From: Candidatus Bathyarchaeota archaeon
GTDB lineage: Archaea > Thermoproteota > Bathyarchaeia > Bathyarchaeales > Bathycorpusculaceae
Length of the DNA stretch: 64,000 nucleotides
Direction of reading: 5' to 3'
NCBI GenBank assembly: GCA_963827165.1
Contig: CAWGZR010000003.1
Coordinates: 128,001 to 192,000, forward strand
The translations under genes and the position numbers were made by a program. Positions 10,179 to 19,409 of this stretch are shown piece by piece. The notes under the pieces are model-generated. The model made no database searches, had not been told where the DNA came from, and worked only from the letters and a program-made list of their open reading frames with translations. The first letter of the stretch is position 1; each line of letters starts with the position of its first letter.

Positions 10179-11822
10179 CAGACTGTGTTAAAACTCAGCT
10201 AAATCCTAAGTGCATTTAGCATTAGAGCTATTGTCTGCAAGTCTTTTTTACTTGTTTTCTCTTTTTTACTTCTTCATCAAATTTATTATCGTCCTAACTC
10301 CAAAAATGTTGATGACTCGTCTCATGTTGTAAGCAAGCATCGTAAACCCAACCTCTCCCTTAACGTTCCTCAGACCCTTCAAGAGCACGTAACCCTGATT
10401 GAAAGCACGCTTAATCGTTCCAAACGGATGCTCAACTATCTGCCTCCTCAAACGAAGCTTCTGTCTGCCTTCACAACTCTGCAACCTTACTCTGAGACGT
10501 TCAACTGCGCCATAATACTTGGACCTAACCATAGTCCTTCCACGTTTGTTCCTCGTACACTTGCTCCTAAAAGTGCAGACAGCACAACCAACCGTCCTGT
10601 AAACCCTGCCTCGCAGGGGGTCATTTCTATACACGCACTTACAAAATGTCAGATCTTTGCCTGTGGGACAAACATACAGGTCTTTAGAAGCATTGTAAAC
10701 GAATCGGTCGGAATAGAACTCAGGCTCGGGAACTCCAATGCTTTTGTATGGGCTAAAAACATTAGGAATGGGCATAAACACCGTTACGCCATTCCCTTCA
10801 CAGTCAGCGATGTCTTTCTCAACGTAGAAGCCCTTATCGCTCAAAACCTCAAGCGTATCCACACCCAAAGTGTCCTTTGCCGCTAACGCATCCTTTGTGA
10901 GTTGATGATGGTCAGTTGAGTTATTTATCACGTCATAATCAACGATTAAGTGTTGTTTTGCATCAACCGACGTTTGAATGTTATAGCCGACTTCAAGCCG
11001 TTGACTATCCACTCTCATCAAGCGGCTATCCGGATCTACAAGAGAAACCTCGTTTTGGCCTGTGGCCTTCATCTGCTCCTGAATATGCTCGTACTGCCGC
11101 TTCTTGTCTTCCAACTGGCTTATTTTTTCCTTGAGCTCATCAGTCTTGACTGTTTCATCTTCGTCTGAATCGTCCGCATCATTGTGGTCCAATTCATTGA
11201 GATATTGTGCTATCTTTTCCTCTGTCTGCTTGAGTCTTTGAGCAACTGTTTTCTCATTGAGGTTGTTGCTTTTGGAATTTACTGCTTTGAATTTGGTGCC
11301 ATCAATCGCCACTAGTTGAGCTCCATAAAGATTTAGGCTTCTGCAGAGATACACAAATTCTTTGAATACTCCTTTGATGCAGTCGTCGTTGTCTTTCCTG
11401 AAGTCAGCGATGGTTTTATGGTCTGGAGTCAGCTTCTTCATGAGCCACATGACCTCAACGTTTCGGTGGCACTCTTTCTCGAGTTTTCTGCTGGATCTTA
11501 CTTGGTTGAGGTAACCGTAAACGTAGAGTTTTAGTAGGTCTGAGGGGTTGTAGGAAGGTCGTCCAGTGTCAGATAGTACCGAGTGTTTGAAACCAAGCTT
11601 TTCCAGGTTGAGGCTTCCTACAAAAACGTCGATGAATCTGACGGGGTTTTCTTTGTCAACATACTGGTCGATCGTGTCTGGGAAGAGTACCGTTTGGCTT
11701 CTGTAAGTGCCTATTACGTGTTCGCTCATGGCTTTTCAGCTCTTGCTGTTGTTTTAAAAGCCGTCTAGATTTAAGGCTAACGGTAAATAGCTATCAAAGA
11801 AAGAGACTTTTCACACAGTCTG
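10179..11822 (-). mobile_element. IS1182-family element, intact copy
   Basis: TIRs CAGACTGTGTTAAAACTC / GAGACTTTTCACACAGTCTG; AATT duplicated at 10175-10178 and 11823-11826. Confidence 0.9.
10266..11729 (-). CDS. IS1182 family DDE transposase
   Basis: GRPSYNP, SSRKLE, PDHKTIADFR, IDGTK, DPDSRLM, GYN, DKGF, VEHPFGTIK. Confidence 0.95.
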   Translation of the reverse strand: MSEHVIGTYRSQTVLFPDTIDQYVDKENPVRFIDVFVGSLNLEKLGFKHSVLSDTGRPSYNPSDLLKLYVYGYLNQVRSSRKLEKECHRNVEVMWLMKKLTPDHKTIADFRKDNDDCIKGVFKEFVYLCRSLNLYGAQLVAIDGTKFKAVNSKSNNLNEKTVAQRLKQTEEKIAQYLNELDHNDADDSDEDETVKTDELKEKISQLEDKKRQYEHIQEQMKATGQNEVSLVDPDSRLMRVDSQRLEVGYNIQTSVDAKQHLIVDYDVINNSTDHHQLTKDALAAKDTLGVDTLEVLSDKGFYVEKDIADCEGNGVTVFMPIPNVFSPYKSIGVPEPEFYSDRFVYNASKDLYVCPTGKDLTFCKCVYRNDPLRGRVYRTVGCAVCTFRSKCTRNKRGRTMVRSKYYGAVERLRVRLQSCEGRQKLRLRRQIVEHPFGTIKRAFNQGYVLLKGLRNVKGEVGFTMLAYNMRRVINIFGVRTIINLMKK

Positions 11823-11826
11823 AATT

Positions 11827-11850
11827 GGGTTCAAATCCCGCCCGGTCCAC
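11827..11850 (+). repeat. tRNA-Ala-like 3' fragment (inner att-like site, left)
   Basis: GGGTTCAAATCCCGCCCGGTCCAC; near-identical copy at 30285-30309 ends in CCA. Confidence 0.75.
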
Positions 11851-11891
11851 TCCCAACAGGGTTCAGGTCACAACAATACTTATTAGCCCAC

Positions 11892-13214
11892 ATGGCTGTT
11901 TCTTTAATTATGTCTGCTGCCCCGCAGAAGAATAAGTATCTCTACTTGTTTGAAGACCCCGACGTTAAGCGCTGGTATAATAACCTGGCAAGGGGGTCGC
12001 AAGGCACAGCTGACGTGTACCTAAGACGGATAGGTTCATTCTGTAAGAACCTTGATACAAACCCCAAGAAACTTGCCGCTTTAAGCGAACTTGAAATTTA
12101 CAATCTAATGCTTGATCACGTTTCTTCAATGGAAAAATCAGGATACACTGGAAGCTATATAGAATCAGTGATTAAATGTGTCAAATCATGGCTCGCTCAC
12201 AATGGAAAAGAAATCAGACGAAAAATCAAGATAAAGGATGCAAGAGAGTCGCCTTCACTTAAAAATGAGAGAGTTCCTACAAAGGAAGAGCTAAAAAGAG
12301 TATTCCTTTCGGGCGACAAGAAAGCGAGAGTAGCAAGCGTCCTAGTTGCTCATTCTGGGCTAAGGCTAGAGGTTCTAGGAAACTACACGGGAAAAGACGG
12401 ACTGACAATTGGTGACATGCCAGAAATTAAAATCCAGAACGGCATTGTTACCTTCGAGCGAAAACCCACCGTTATTGTTGTACGCAGAGAATTGAGTAAA
12501 GCAGGACATCAATACTTCACGTTTCTTAGCGAGGAAGGGTGCGGATACCTTCAAGATTACTTGGAAGAACGAATAAGAGAGGGAGAGGGACTATCACCAG
12601 AGTCTCCTGTGATAACGCCCAAGCTTAAAATGAAGCCATTCATACGTTCCACCAACATAGGCGACACAATTCGAGTGCCCCTGAGGGCTGCTGGCTTTGA
12701 TTGGCGGCCGTATGTCTTAAGGTGCTATTTTGATACACAATTAATGTTGGCCGAATCAAAAGGTTTAGTGCTTAGGGATTATCGGGGTTTTTGGATGGGG
12801 CATAAAGGAGATATTGAAAACCGCTACACTACTAACAAGCAGAGGTTGCCCGAGTCTGTTGTTGAGGATATGCGGGCGGCTTATGCGAGAAGCGAAGAGT
12901 TTTTGCAAACCAAAATGAGCGAAGAAACCACAGAGGAGAAGCTAAAGGGCATTTTTAGGCGACAATTTTTGTCGGTCGCCGGTTTTGGTAAAGGCGAGAT
13001 AGAAGACATGGATGTGATCTCTTTTAGTGAAGAGGAGCTGCAGAACCTCGTCAGAAAGAAACTACTGGGAGCTCCAACATCTGACAACTTCAAGCAGAAA
13101 GTCGTAACCATAGACGAAGCCGATAGCTATTTGTCCAAAGGCTGGGAATATGTTGCAAAACTTTCAAATAATAAAGTTGTTGTCAAAATTAGCTCTGAAT
13201 CAAAAAAAAACTGA
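11892..13214 (+). CDS. Tyrosine recombinase / site-specific integrase
   Basis: HSGLR, LSK, YVLR, MGH, RY catalytic pattern; adjacent to att-like site. Confidence 0.9.
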   Translation: MAVSLIMSAAPQKNKYLYLFEDPDVKRWYNNLARGSQGTADVYLRRIGSFCKNLDTNPKKLAALSELEIYNLMLDHVSSMEKSGYTGSYIESVIKCVKSWLAHNGKEIRRKIKIKDARESPSLKNERVPTKEELKRVFLSGDKKARVASVLVAHSGLRLEVLGNYTGKDGLTIGDMPEIKIQNGIVTFERKPTVIVVRRELSKAGHQYFTFLSEEGCGYLQDYLEERIREGEGLSPESPVITPKLKMKPFIRSTNIGDTIRVPLRAAGFDWRPYVLRCYFDTQLMLAESKGLVLRDYRGFWMGHKGDIENRYTTNKQRLPESVVEDMRAAYARSEEFLQTKMSEETTEEKLKGIFRRQFLSVAGFGKGEIEDMDVISFSEEELQNLVRKKLLGAPTSDNFKQKVVTIDEADSYLSKGWEYVAKLSNNKVVVKISSESKKN

Positions 13215-13243
13215 GTGAAAAGGAGAAGCTCGCACGCCGCGTG

Positions 13244-14030
13244 CTAAAAGAGAACGAAACAGGTACGACTACGAAACCCTGATACTAAACCAAGCATGCC
13301 TGATCCGAGTTCATTCTGCCACATGGTTAGACCTGTTTTCTTGGTCGGGTTGGGTTTTGTGAAACCGTTCAGATCGTAAACATATTCAACCGATTTAGTC
13401 CATGTTTTAGTCCTTTTCACTTTTAGGCAAATGCGAAGTTCATTTCTGTCAAAGGATTTTTTGAAATCGATGGTTAAATCGCCGGCCATGAATTGCAGCC
13501 AGCTATTATCGGTTTTTGAAAGTGCACGCAACAATGTCTCCCATTCAGGCGTTTTGAATCCTAGCAACTCTCTGATTTCCTCGATCGCGGCGTACCGGTT
13601 AGTGGCGAGCCATCTGACAGATTCCAATGTGATTTACACCCCGATTCCTCTGTCCGCTGCTAATTGAAGCCATTCTTTCTCTTCGGATTGAACTTGCTCG
13701 ACTGTGCCTCTTGCTTTGCTTGCACTTTCCATAATCATTGCTGTGGCAACTAGTATGGGTCTAAAATTAAAGGCACCGTTCCTGTTTATTGTAATTCTTG
13801 GATTCAATATTTGGTTGCGTAAAAGAGCTAGAGATTTTTTCGTTGAGTCGGCTACTGTTAGGAAATTATGAATGGCTTGCTGTTCATCATTTACACGAAT
13901 GATCCAGTCAAGCAACAAGTTATTTTGGCACGCATCTTCATGTGAGAAGTTTATCGTGGACGTGCTCTCATCAGCATATTTGTTCAGATAAGAACTGGTT
14001 TCTTGAATATTTTTTACTGTTAACGCTTTT
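13244..14030 (-). pseudogene. Hypothetical gene remnant (two consecutive ORF pieces)
   Basis: ORFs 13634..14125 and 13244..13627; the apparent N-terminus of the first lies inside the IS91. Confidence 0.3.
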
Positions 14031-14039
14031 ATATACTTG

Positions 14040-15205
14040 AGCCGCTGACCTGTAGAAAGGGCAGCGGCTACCAAAATTACCATCAAAAGTATCCTGCTGA
14101 GTAATGATAACTGGGTAAGGTTCAAAGCAGAAAACCCTAACCTGTCACCGTACGTTATAAGTGAAATTGAGAAGATGCTTCACTGCAGAGACCCCGAATG
14201 TGGCTTTTTAACTTTCAAGTGTCCGAATTGCGGTACATCCAAGATTGTCCCGCTTGCCTGTAAGAGCCGTATTTGTCCTCGATGCGGTAAGAAGTATACA
14301 GATGAGTGGACTGATGAGCTTTGCCATTCGCTGTATGCGGTGTCGCATAGGCATATGGTGTTCACTTTGCCTATGCAGCTAAGGGATGTGGTTGGTGCTG
14401 ATCATGGCATTTTCAAGGTTATGACGGATGCGGTCAGTAAGACGCTAAAGCAGGTGGTTAAGATGTGGGGCGGCGCAGTTCCAGGCGTGATCTGTGTGCT
14501 TCATCCGTTTGGGGATGACTTGAAGCTGAATCCTCATGTGCATGTGCTGGTGACTGAGGGTGGATTAAACCGGAAGAATGAGTGGGTGCCTGTAACCTTC
14601 TTTGAGTATGGTGCACTTAGGCGGATTTGGCAGTATCATATGTTGAAGTCTGTTAAGGCGCATTTGCCCTGGTCAGTGGAGAATAGTCGGTTGATTGATG
14701 GGTTGTTTGCTGATTACTCTGAGGGCTTTTACGTGCACGCTAAGCGCAGGGTGGCCTCTCCTAAGGGTGTTGCTAAGTATGTGGCAAGGTATGTGCGTCA
14801 CCCTGCGATTGCTGAGTCGCGTATTTCAGAGTTTAACTTGTTGACTGACTCTGTTACTTTTTGGCATGATGTTAAGGATAAGTATGGGAAGAAGGTTGAG
14901 CGGAAGTGGGTTACTCTGTCTGCTTTTGAGTTTATTGGGCGGTTGGTGCGTTTGATTCCGGATAGGAACATGAAGATTATCCGTTACTATGGATTGTATG
15001 CTAGGCGCACGAAGGCTAGGCTCCAGAAAATGCTAACACCTTTGAGTAAGGAAAAAGTCCGTTATGCGCCTAAAAAGGAAGTTATCAAGTGTCCAGAATG
15101 TGGTCAAATCATGGATTTGGTAGGTGTAACTAGGCCGGGGTATGATGAGGATATACCGTATGCATGGTTAACATAGTTTTTTGCGCCCGAAGGGCGCATT
15201 TCTTG
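14040..15205 (+). mobile_element. IS91-family rolling-circle element
   Basis: CTTG at 14036-14039 and 15202-15205; terminal hairpins AGCCGCTG/CAGCGGCT and TGCGCCC-GAA-GGGCGCA. Confidence 0.8.
14175..15176 (+). CDS. IS91 family HUH Y2 transposase
   Basis: Zn domain CPNC...CKSRICPRCG, HRHMVFTLP, NPHVH (HUH), YVARY, RYYGLYA; frame is open upstream to 14049 with no ATG. Confidence 0.9.
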   Translation: MLHCRDPECGFLTFKCPNCGTSKIVPLACKSRICPRCGKKYTDEWTDELCHSLYAVSHRHMVFTLPMQLRDVVGADHGIFKVMTDAVSKTLKQVVKMWGGAVPGVICVLHPFGDDLKLNPHVHVLVTEGGLNRKNEWVPVTFFEYGALRRIWQYHMLKSVKAHLPWSVENSRLIDGLFADYSEGFYVHAKRRVASPKGVAKYVARYVRHPAIAESRISEFNLLTDSVTFWHDVKDKYGKKVERKWVTLSAFEFIGRLVRLIPDRNMKIIRYYGLYARRTKARLQKMLTPLSKEKVRYAPKKEVIKCPECGQIMDLVGVTRPGYDEDIPYAWLT

Positions 15206-15446
15206 TTCGGAATGTCAAAAGCATTACTAAAACGGATGCTGCAGCTAAGATCCCTGCTACACCTATCCAAAGCAGCCCTGCAAAGAGTTCGGATAATACG
15301 GAATTTCCAGGACCAGAGTACAAGATTATTGTACTTGGATTATTCACTTGAGGAAAAAGGAGATAGCTTATTAGGGCCAATATGCTCGCTAAGACTAACG
15401 CCAGAGCTAAAGCAAGTGCACATTTTTTTCTCGTACTTAATTGCAT
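15206..15446 (-). CDS. Small 2-TM membrane protein, extreme 3' end displaced by IS91
   Basis: Removing 14040-15205 restores ...LLTFRTSI-stop. Confidence 0.65.
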
Positions 15447-15667
15447 CGATTTATACTAAAGGTTTTTTTACCTTAATAATCTTCCTAAATTTTTCTTTCA
15501 TATACTGCATTTTTCTCGCCAGGACTTCACCATTCTGTCAATTTTCAGGCAAAAGTTCAAATGGAGTGTTAAGTATTATAGAGCGTTAACGACTCGCTGG
15601 TGATATAATTTCCGAAGACGAAACAAAGGATGTCCTAAGGGGAACCACTCTTGATATATACCGTCTT

Positions 15668-16030
15668 TTGCTAAAAACCGACAAACCGCTCGGGATCAGA
15701 GAAATTCAAAGGCAACTAAAGCTTAGCACTCCATCTTTAGTTCAATATCACCTTTTCAAGCTAGAGCAAGCCGATCTTGTAAAAAGAGAGGGAGGTTGCT
15801 TTGTCGTTAGCAAAGTTGTGTTGGAAAGTTGTGTGAAGATTAGTCGTTTTATTGTTCCAAAATATTTTTTTTATTCAGCATTCGTAGTTGCTATTTTGAT
15901 AATCGAGTTAACGTTTCTCAGGCCTGATCCCCTGGACAGCGAATATTTTTTGTCCACCGTTGGAACCGCAATATCTGCCGTAATTTTCTGCTATGAGACC
16001 GTTAAAATCTGGGGCAAAGACTCTCTTTAG
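15668..16030 (+). CDS. wHTH regulator with two C-terminal TM helices
   Basis: PLGIREIQRQLKLSTPSLVQYHLFKLE; frame extends upstream (DVLRGTTLDIYRL) to ATA/ATT codons just after GGTGA near 15605. Confidence 0.8.
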   Translation: MLKTDKPLGIREIQRQLKLSTPSLVQYHLFKLEQADLVKREGGCFVVSKVVLESCVKISRFIVPKYFFYSAFVVAILIIELTFLRPDPLDSEYFLSTVGTAISAVIFCYETVKIWGKDSL

Positions 16031-16085
16031 ATATCATCGCAAGGTTTTTTGCTACAACTAAAGCAAGACGTTGGCCTAAGTCGCT

Positions 16086-16156
16086 TGTCCTAAGTTTAGG
16101 ACAGGTTGTCCAAAAACATAGAGCTAAATGAGATTAGGACATACCGATTAGGACAT
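16086..16156. promoter_or_regulatory. TTAGGACA operator-like repeats
   Basis: Palindrome TGTCCTAA-GT-TTAGGACA plus two GATTAGGACAT copies upstream of the secreted protein gene. Confidence 0.6.
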
Positions 16157-16157
16157 T

Positions 16158-17375
16158 GTGGAGGTGAATGTAATGAACAAAAAGTATCTTGTAAGCTTAT
16201 CAGTTGCTCTTATGATATTAATGTCCATCACCATGGTGGGAAACTTAAGTCCAAAGGCTCAAGCGCAAACAGTCAATTTTAGTCCCGTGCCAGTGCCGCT
16301 TTCAGCAGCCGATATTCATGCAAGTTATCCAGCTCTCCCGACAGCAGCTCAGTTGTGGAGTCCGGAAGGGTGTGGTTTTTTAGATACTAGATATTATGAC
16401 AACGCTACTTCAGGTCTCATAAGCAACAGCACTTCATATGAACCGAACCTTCTGACTGGTGGAATCATGAAAAACGTTTGTATTTGGCTTCAATATAATG
16501 CTACAGTATGGGTTGAAGTCCCGCCATCTTATTTGACCTCTTCTCAAACATCTGTGTCACCAGCGACTGCCACTACTTGGGCAATAGGCGCCGAAGCTGA
16601 TCCAAACGACATTGCAAGCGGTATTTACGTTACTGGAGCATGCACTTACGGCGAGTGGACTGGTTGGGCGGGTTCCCAAACTAATGATTTCGTATGCACC
16701 GTTCTATCTATTTACGATGGCACGTATATTTACCAGATAGGTATTGCAGACATTACCGGTTATGGGACTTACTTACTTTGTCAATACTGGAAAAACGGAG
16801 TTGAGCAACCAAATCCAGGATCAACTCATTTGGAGCCAACCCTCGACCAGCAATATCCGGAGTACATCCAATATAATTCAGCTGAATCAGCTTGGTCATT
16901 TAGTCTACAACAAAATCAATACTACACGGTCTCATCAGTAATTGGCTCCATCTTTAAAGGACTCCAGCCTAACGTCGTTATCGAATCAAATGACCTTACG
17001 TCCGGCGACTTTAAGAACTTTGCGAGAACAGTTGGTGGAGATTACCCATTTGGCAATGGCACAATTGCTTACGAGGCAGCCCTGACATACCAGTTTGTCG
17101 ACAGTAGTTACCATACGCCCGGTAACTGGCATCCCTATATCGAACAATACTCAAGCACCAATCATGGTCACGACCCAATAACAGGTGCAGATGTTTATGA
17201 AGGCTCGACTGCATGCCCAGCTTGGAATAATCAATGGGTAGGTGGTGAGTCTCCTTCAACAGCTGGTGTGAAAGTAGGAATACAAAATCCCGCATCTACT
17301 GCAGAAATCTTGCAGATAGGTTCAAGCTATAGCGATCCAACAACCGGCACATCACTTTGGAGCGCCAGCCAGTAA
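16158..17375 (+). CDS. Secreted beta-rich protein, possibly G1/neprosin-like peptidase fold
   Basis: Signal peptide ending AQA; YQIG and VVIES motifs. Confidence 0.6.
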   Translation: MEVNVMNKKYLVSLSVALMILMSITMVGNLSPKAQAQTVNFSPVPVPLSAADIHASYPALPTAAQLWSPEGCGFLDTRYYDNATSGLISNSTSYEPNLLTGGIMKNVCIWLQYNATVWVEVPPSYLTSSQTSVSPATATTWAIGAEADPNDIASGIYVTGACTYGEWTGWAGSQTNDFVCTVLSIYDGTYIYQIGIADITGYGTYLLCQYWKNGVEQPNPGSTHLEPTLDQQYPEYIQYNSAESAWSFSLQQNQYYTVSSVIGSIFKGLQPNVVIESNDLTSGDFKNFARTVGGDYPFGNGTIAYEAALTYQFVDSSYHTPGNWHPYIEQYSSTNHGHDPITGADVYEGSTACPAWNNQWVGGESPSTAGVKVGIQNPASTAEILQIGSSYSDPTTGTSLWSASQ

Positions 17376-17479
17376 ACGATTTTAGGCTTAAAGATTATCT
17401 CCTTCTCTTTTTTTGAAAGATTCATCAACCGATGTAGCATTGGCAATCTCAAAATTGTTCTCCATCGTCAGTATTTGTT

Positions 17480-18000
17480 TTGAAAGTTCCAGAAGTAAAA
17501 AACTGGGTTCTAAATTCTCCATTTTGGGAAGCAATCAAGGCAATATGCCGAATAACATGGAAGGATTACACCCTTGAAGAAATATGGGGCAAAATAGTCA
17601 TATCAAACCTTGTAAAATGTAGCGCTTCAAAATCCAATGATAGAACTTCTCCTGAGATGAAGAAGAATTGCATTGAACCAATGAGGTTTTTTGAAAATGA
17701 AGTTATACTGGCTAAGCCTACACAACTAGTAATATTTTCCGGCTCGGACAAACCAAAATATTATGACCAATATCTTAGCAATTTGAGCTATGGATATAAC
17801 CAGAAACCAGTCTTCGAAATAGATAGAGACTTTTGTAAGTATGATGTTGCTTGGTGGCACCAGAAGTTCATTGAAATGGACTAGGTTAAATACATGTCTT
17901 AAGAACATATCATCCTAGCAGTCGCAGGTCACCAAAGGACCAGCAATCCTTCTGTAATGGCATTGCTCAATGGTTACATGAAAACCCTGTAGAATTATGA
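17480..18000 (+). pseudogene. Uracil-DNA glycosylase-superfamily-like remnant
   Basis: SPFW, SNLVKC, EVILAKPTQLVIFSG; TYHPS follows out of frame after a stop. Confidence 0.45.
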
Positions 18001-18111
18001 CGCGCGCAGTTCACTGTAGAGTAAAACGACAATCCCGAAAGCGATCCAGCTAAGTTGGCGGGGATCCCAGCACCATTTTACCAGTAAAAATGAATTTTGA
18101 TAAGTATATTG

Positions 18112-18138
18112 AGGAGCAGGTCCATGGGATTTGAACCC
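18112..18138 (-). repeat. Inverted degenerate tRNA 3'-end-like site
   Basis: Minus strand GGGTTCAAATCCCATGGACCTGCTCCT resembles TCCCGTCGGACCCGCTCCT at 30509. Confidence 0.6.
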
Positions 18139-19409
18139 AAAACAGACTGTGTCAAAACTCAGAGCTAATGCCTAAGAGTATCTGGCACTCAAGCCCTTGT
18201 AGAGGCTCGTTGTTCACTTGTTTTTTCTTTTTAGACCCTCATCAAACCCATTAGCGTACCAACTCCAAGAATATTGATAGCCCTTCGCATGTTGTAAGCC
18301 AGCATAGTAAAGCCTACTTCTCCTTTGACTTTTCTAAGACCCTTCAAGAGCAAATAGCCCTGATTAAACGCTCGCTTAATAGTTCCAAACACATGCTCCA
18401 CTATTTCACGTCTCAAATTCAACTTCGCTCTTCCATCATAACTGCTCACTCTCGCCCTTAACCTATCCACAGCGTCTTGATATTCCGGCCTGAACACACG
18501 TCTGCCACGCCTGTTTTTGGTGCACCTGCACCTGAAAAAACAAGACCGACATAATTTCGTCCCATAAAGACCACCCCAACATTCCTCTTTTCCTCGATAA
18601 CTTTGCCTCAAAAGCTCCAACCCGTTTCCGCCAGGACAAACATAAGCATCTCGCTCAACATGATAGACAAACTTGCCTAGAGAAAAACTCGGGCTCAGGT
18701 ACGCCTACATTCTTTGTAGGATTGAAAGCTGGAATCGGCATAAACACCGTTATCCCAGCTTCCTCACATTCAACCAGGTCATTTGCAACGTAGAATCCTT
18801 TGTCACTCAAAACGTCCAGCTGATCAACGTCAAGCACCTGTTTCGCAGCCTTAGCATCAGTCGCTAGCTGGTGATGATCAGTCGAATTATTGATAACATC
18901 GTAATCCACTATTAGGTGCTGCTTCGCATCCACGGATGTCTGAGTGTTGTAGCCGACTTCAGGCCTTTGACTGTCGACTCGCATCAAACGGCTATCCGGA
19001 TCCACAAGCGAAACTTCCTTCTGGCCAGTTGCCTTCATTTGACCTTGAATCTGCGCATATCGCTGTTTTTCCTCTTCAAGCTTGCATATTTTCTGCTTGA
19101 GCTCATCGACATTGACGCTTTCATCTTCAGCTGAATCTGCTGTATCGTTTTGGTCCAATTCTTTGAGGTAGTCTGCTATCTTTTCTTCTGTTTGTTTAAG
19201 CCTCAACGCGACCGTTTTCTCGTTAAGGTTGTTGCTTTTTGAGTTTACGGCTTTGAATTTTGTGCCATCTATCGCCACTAGTTGAGCGCCGTAAAGATCC
19301 AGGCTCCTGCAGAGATAGACGAATTCTTTGAATACTCCTTTGATGCAGTCTACATTGTTTTTTCTGAAGTCAGCGATGGTTTTGAAGTCTGGAGTCAGCT
19401 TTTTCATCA

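Noticed and set aside
11827-11850. Intact tRNA genes at the att-like sites (also 3989, 6442, 30285, 30509)
   Set aside because: Only T-loop and acceptor 3' fragments are present; no D or anticodon arm or complementary 5' acceptor strand was found upstream.
14040-14125. Hydrophobic N-terminus of ORF 13634..14125
   Set aside because: It is antisense to the IS91 left end, so not native to that gene.
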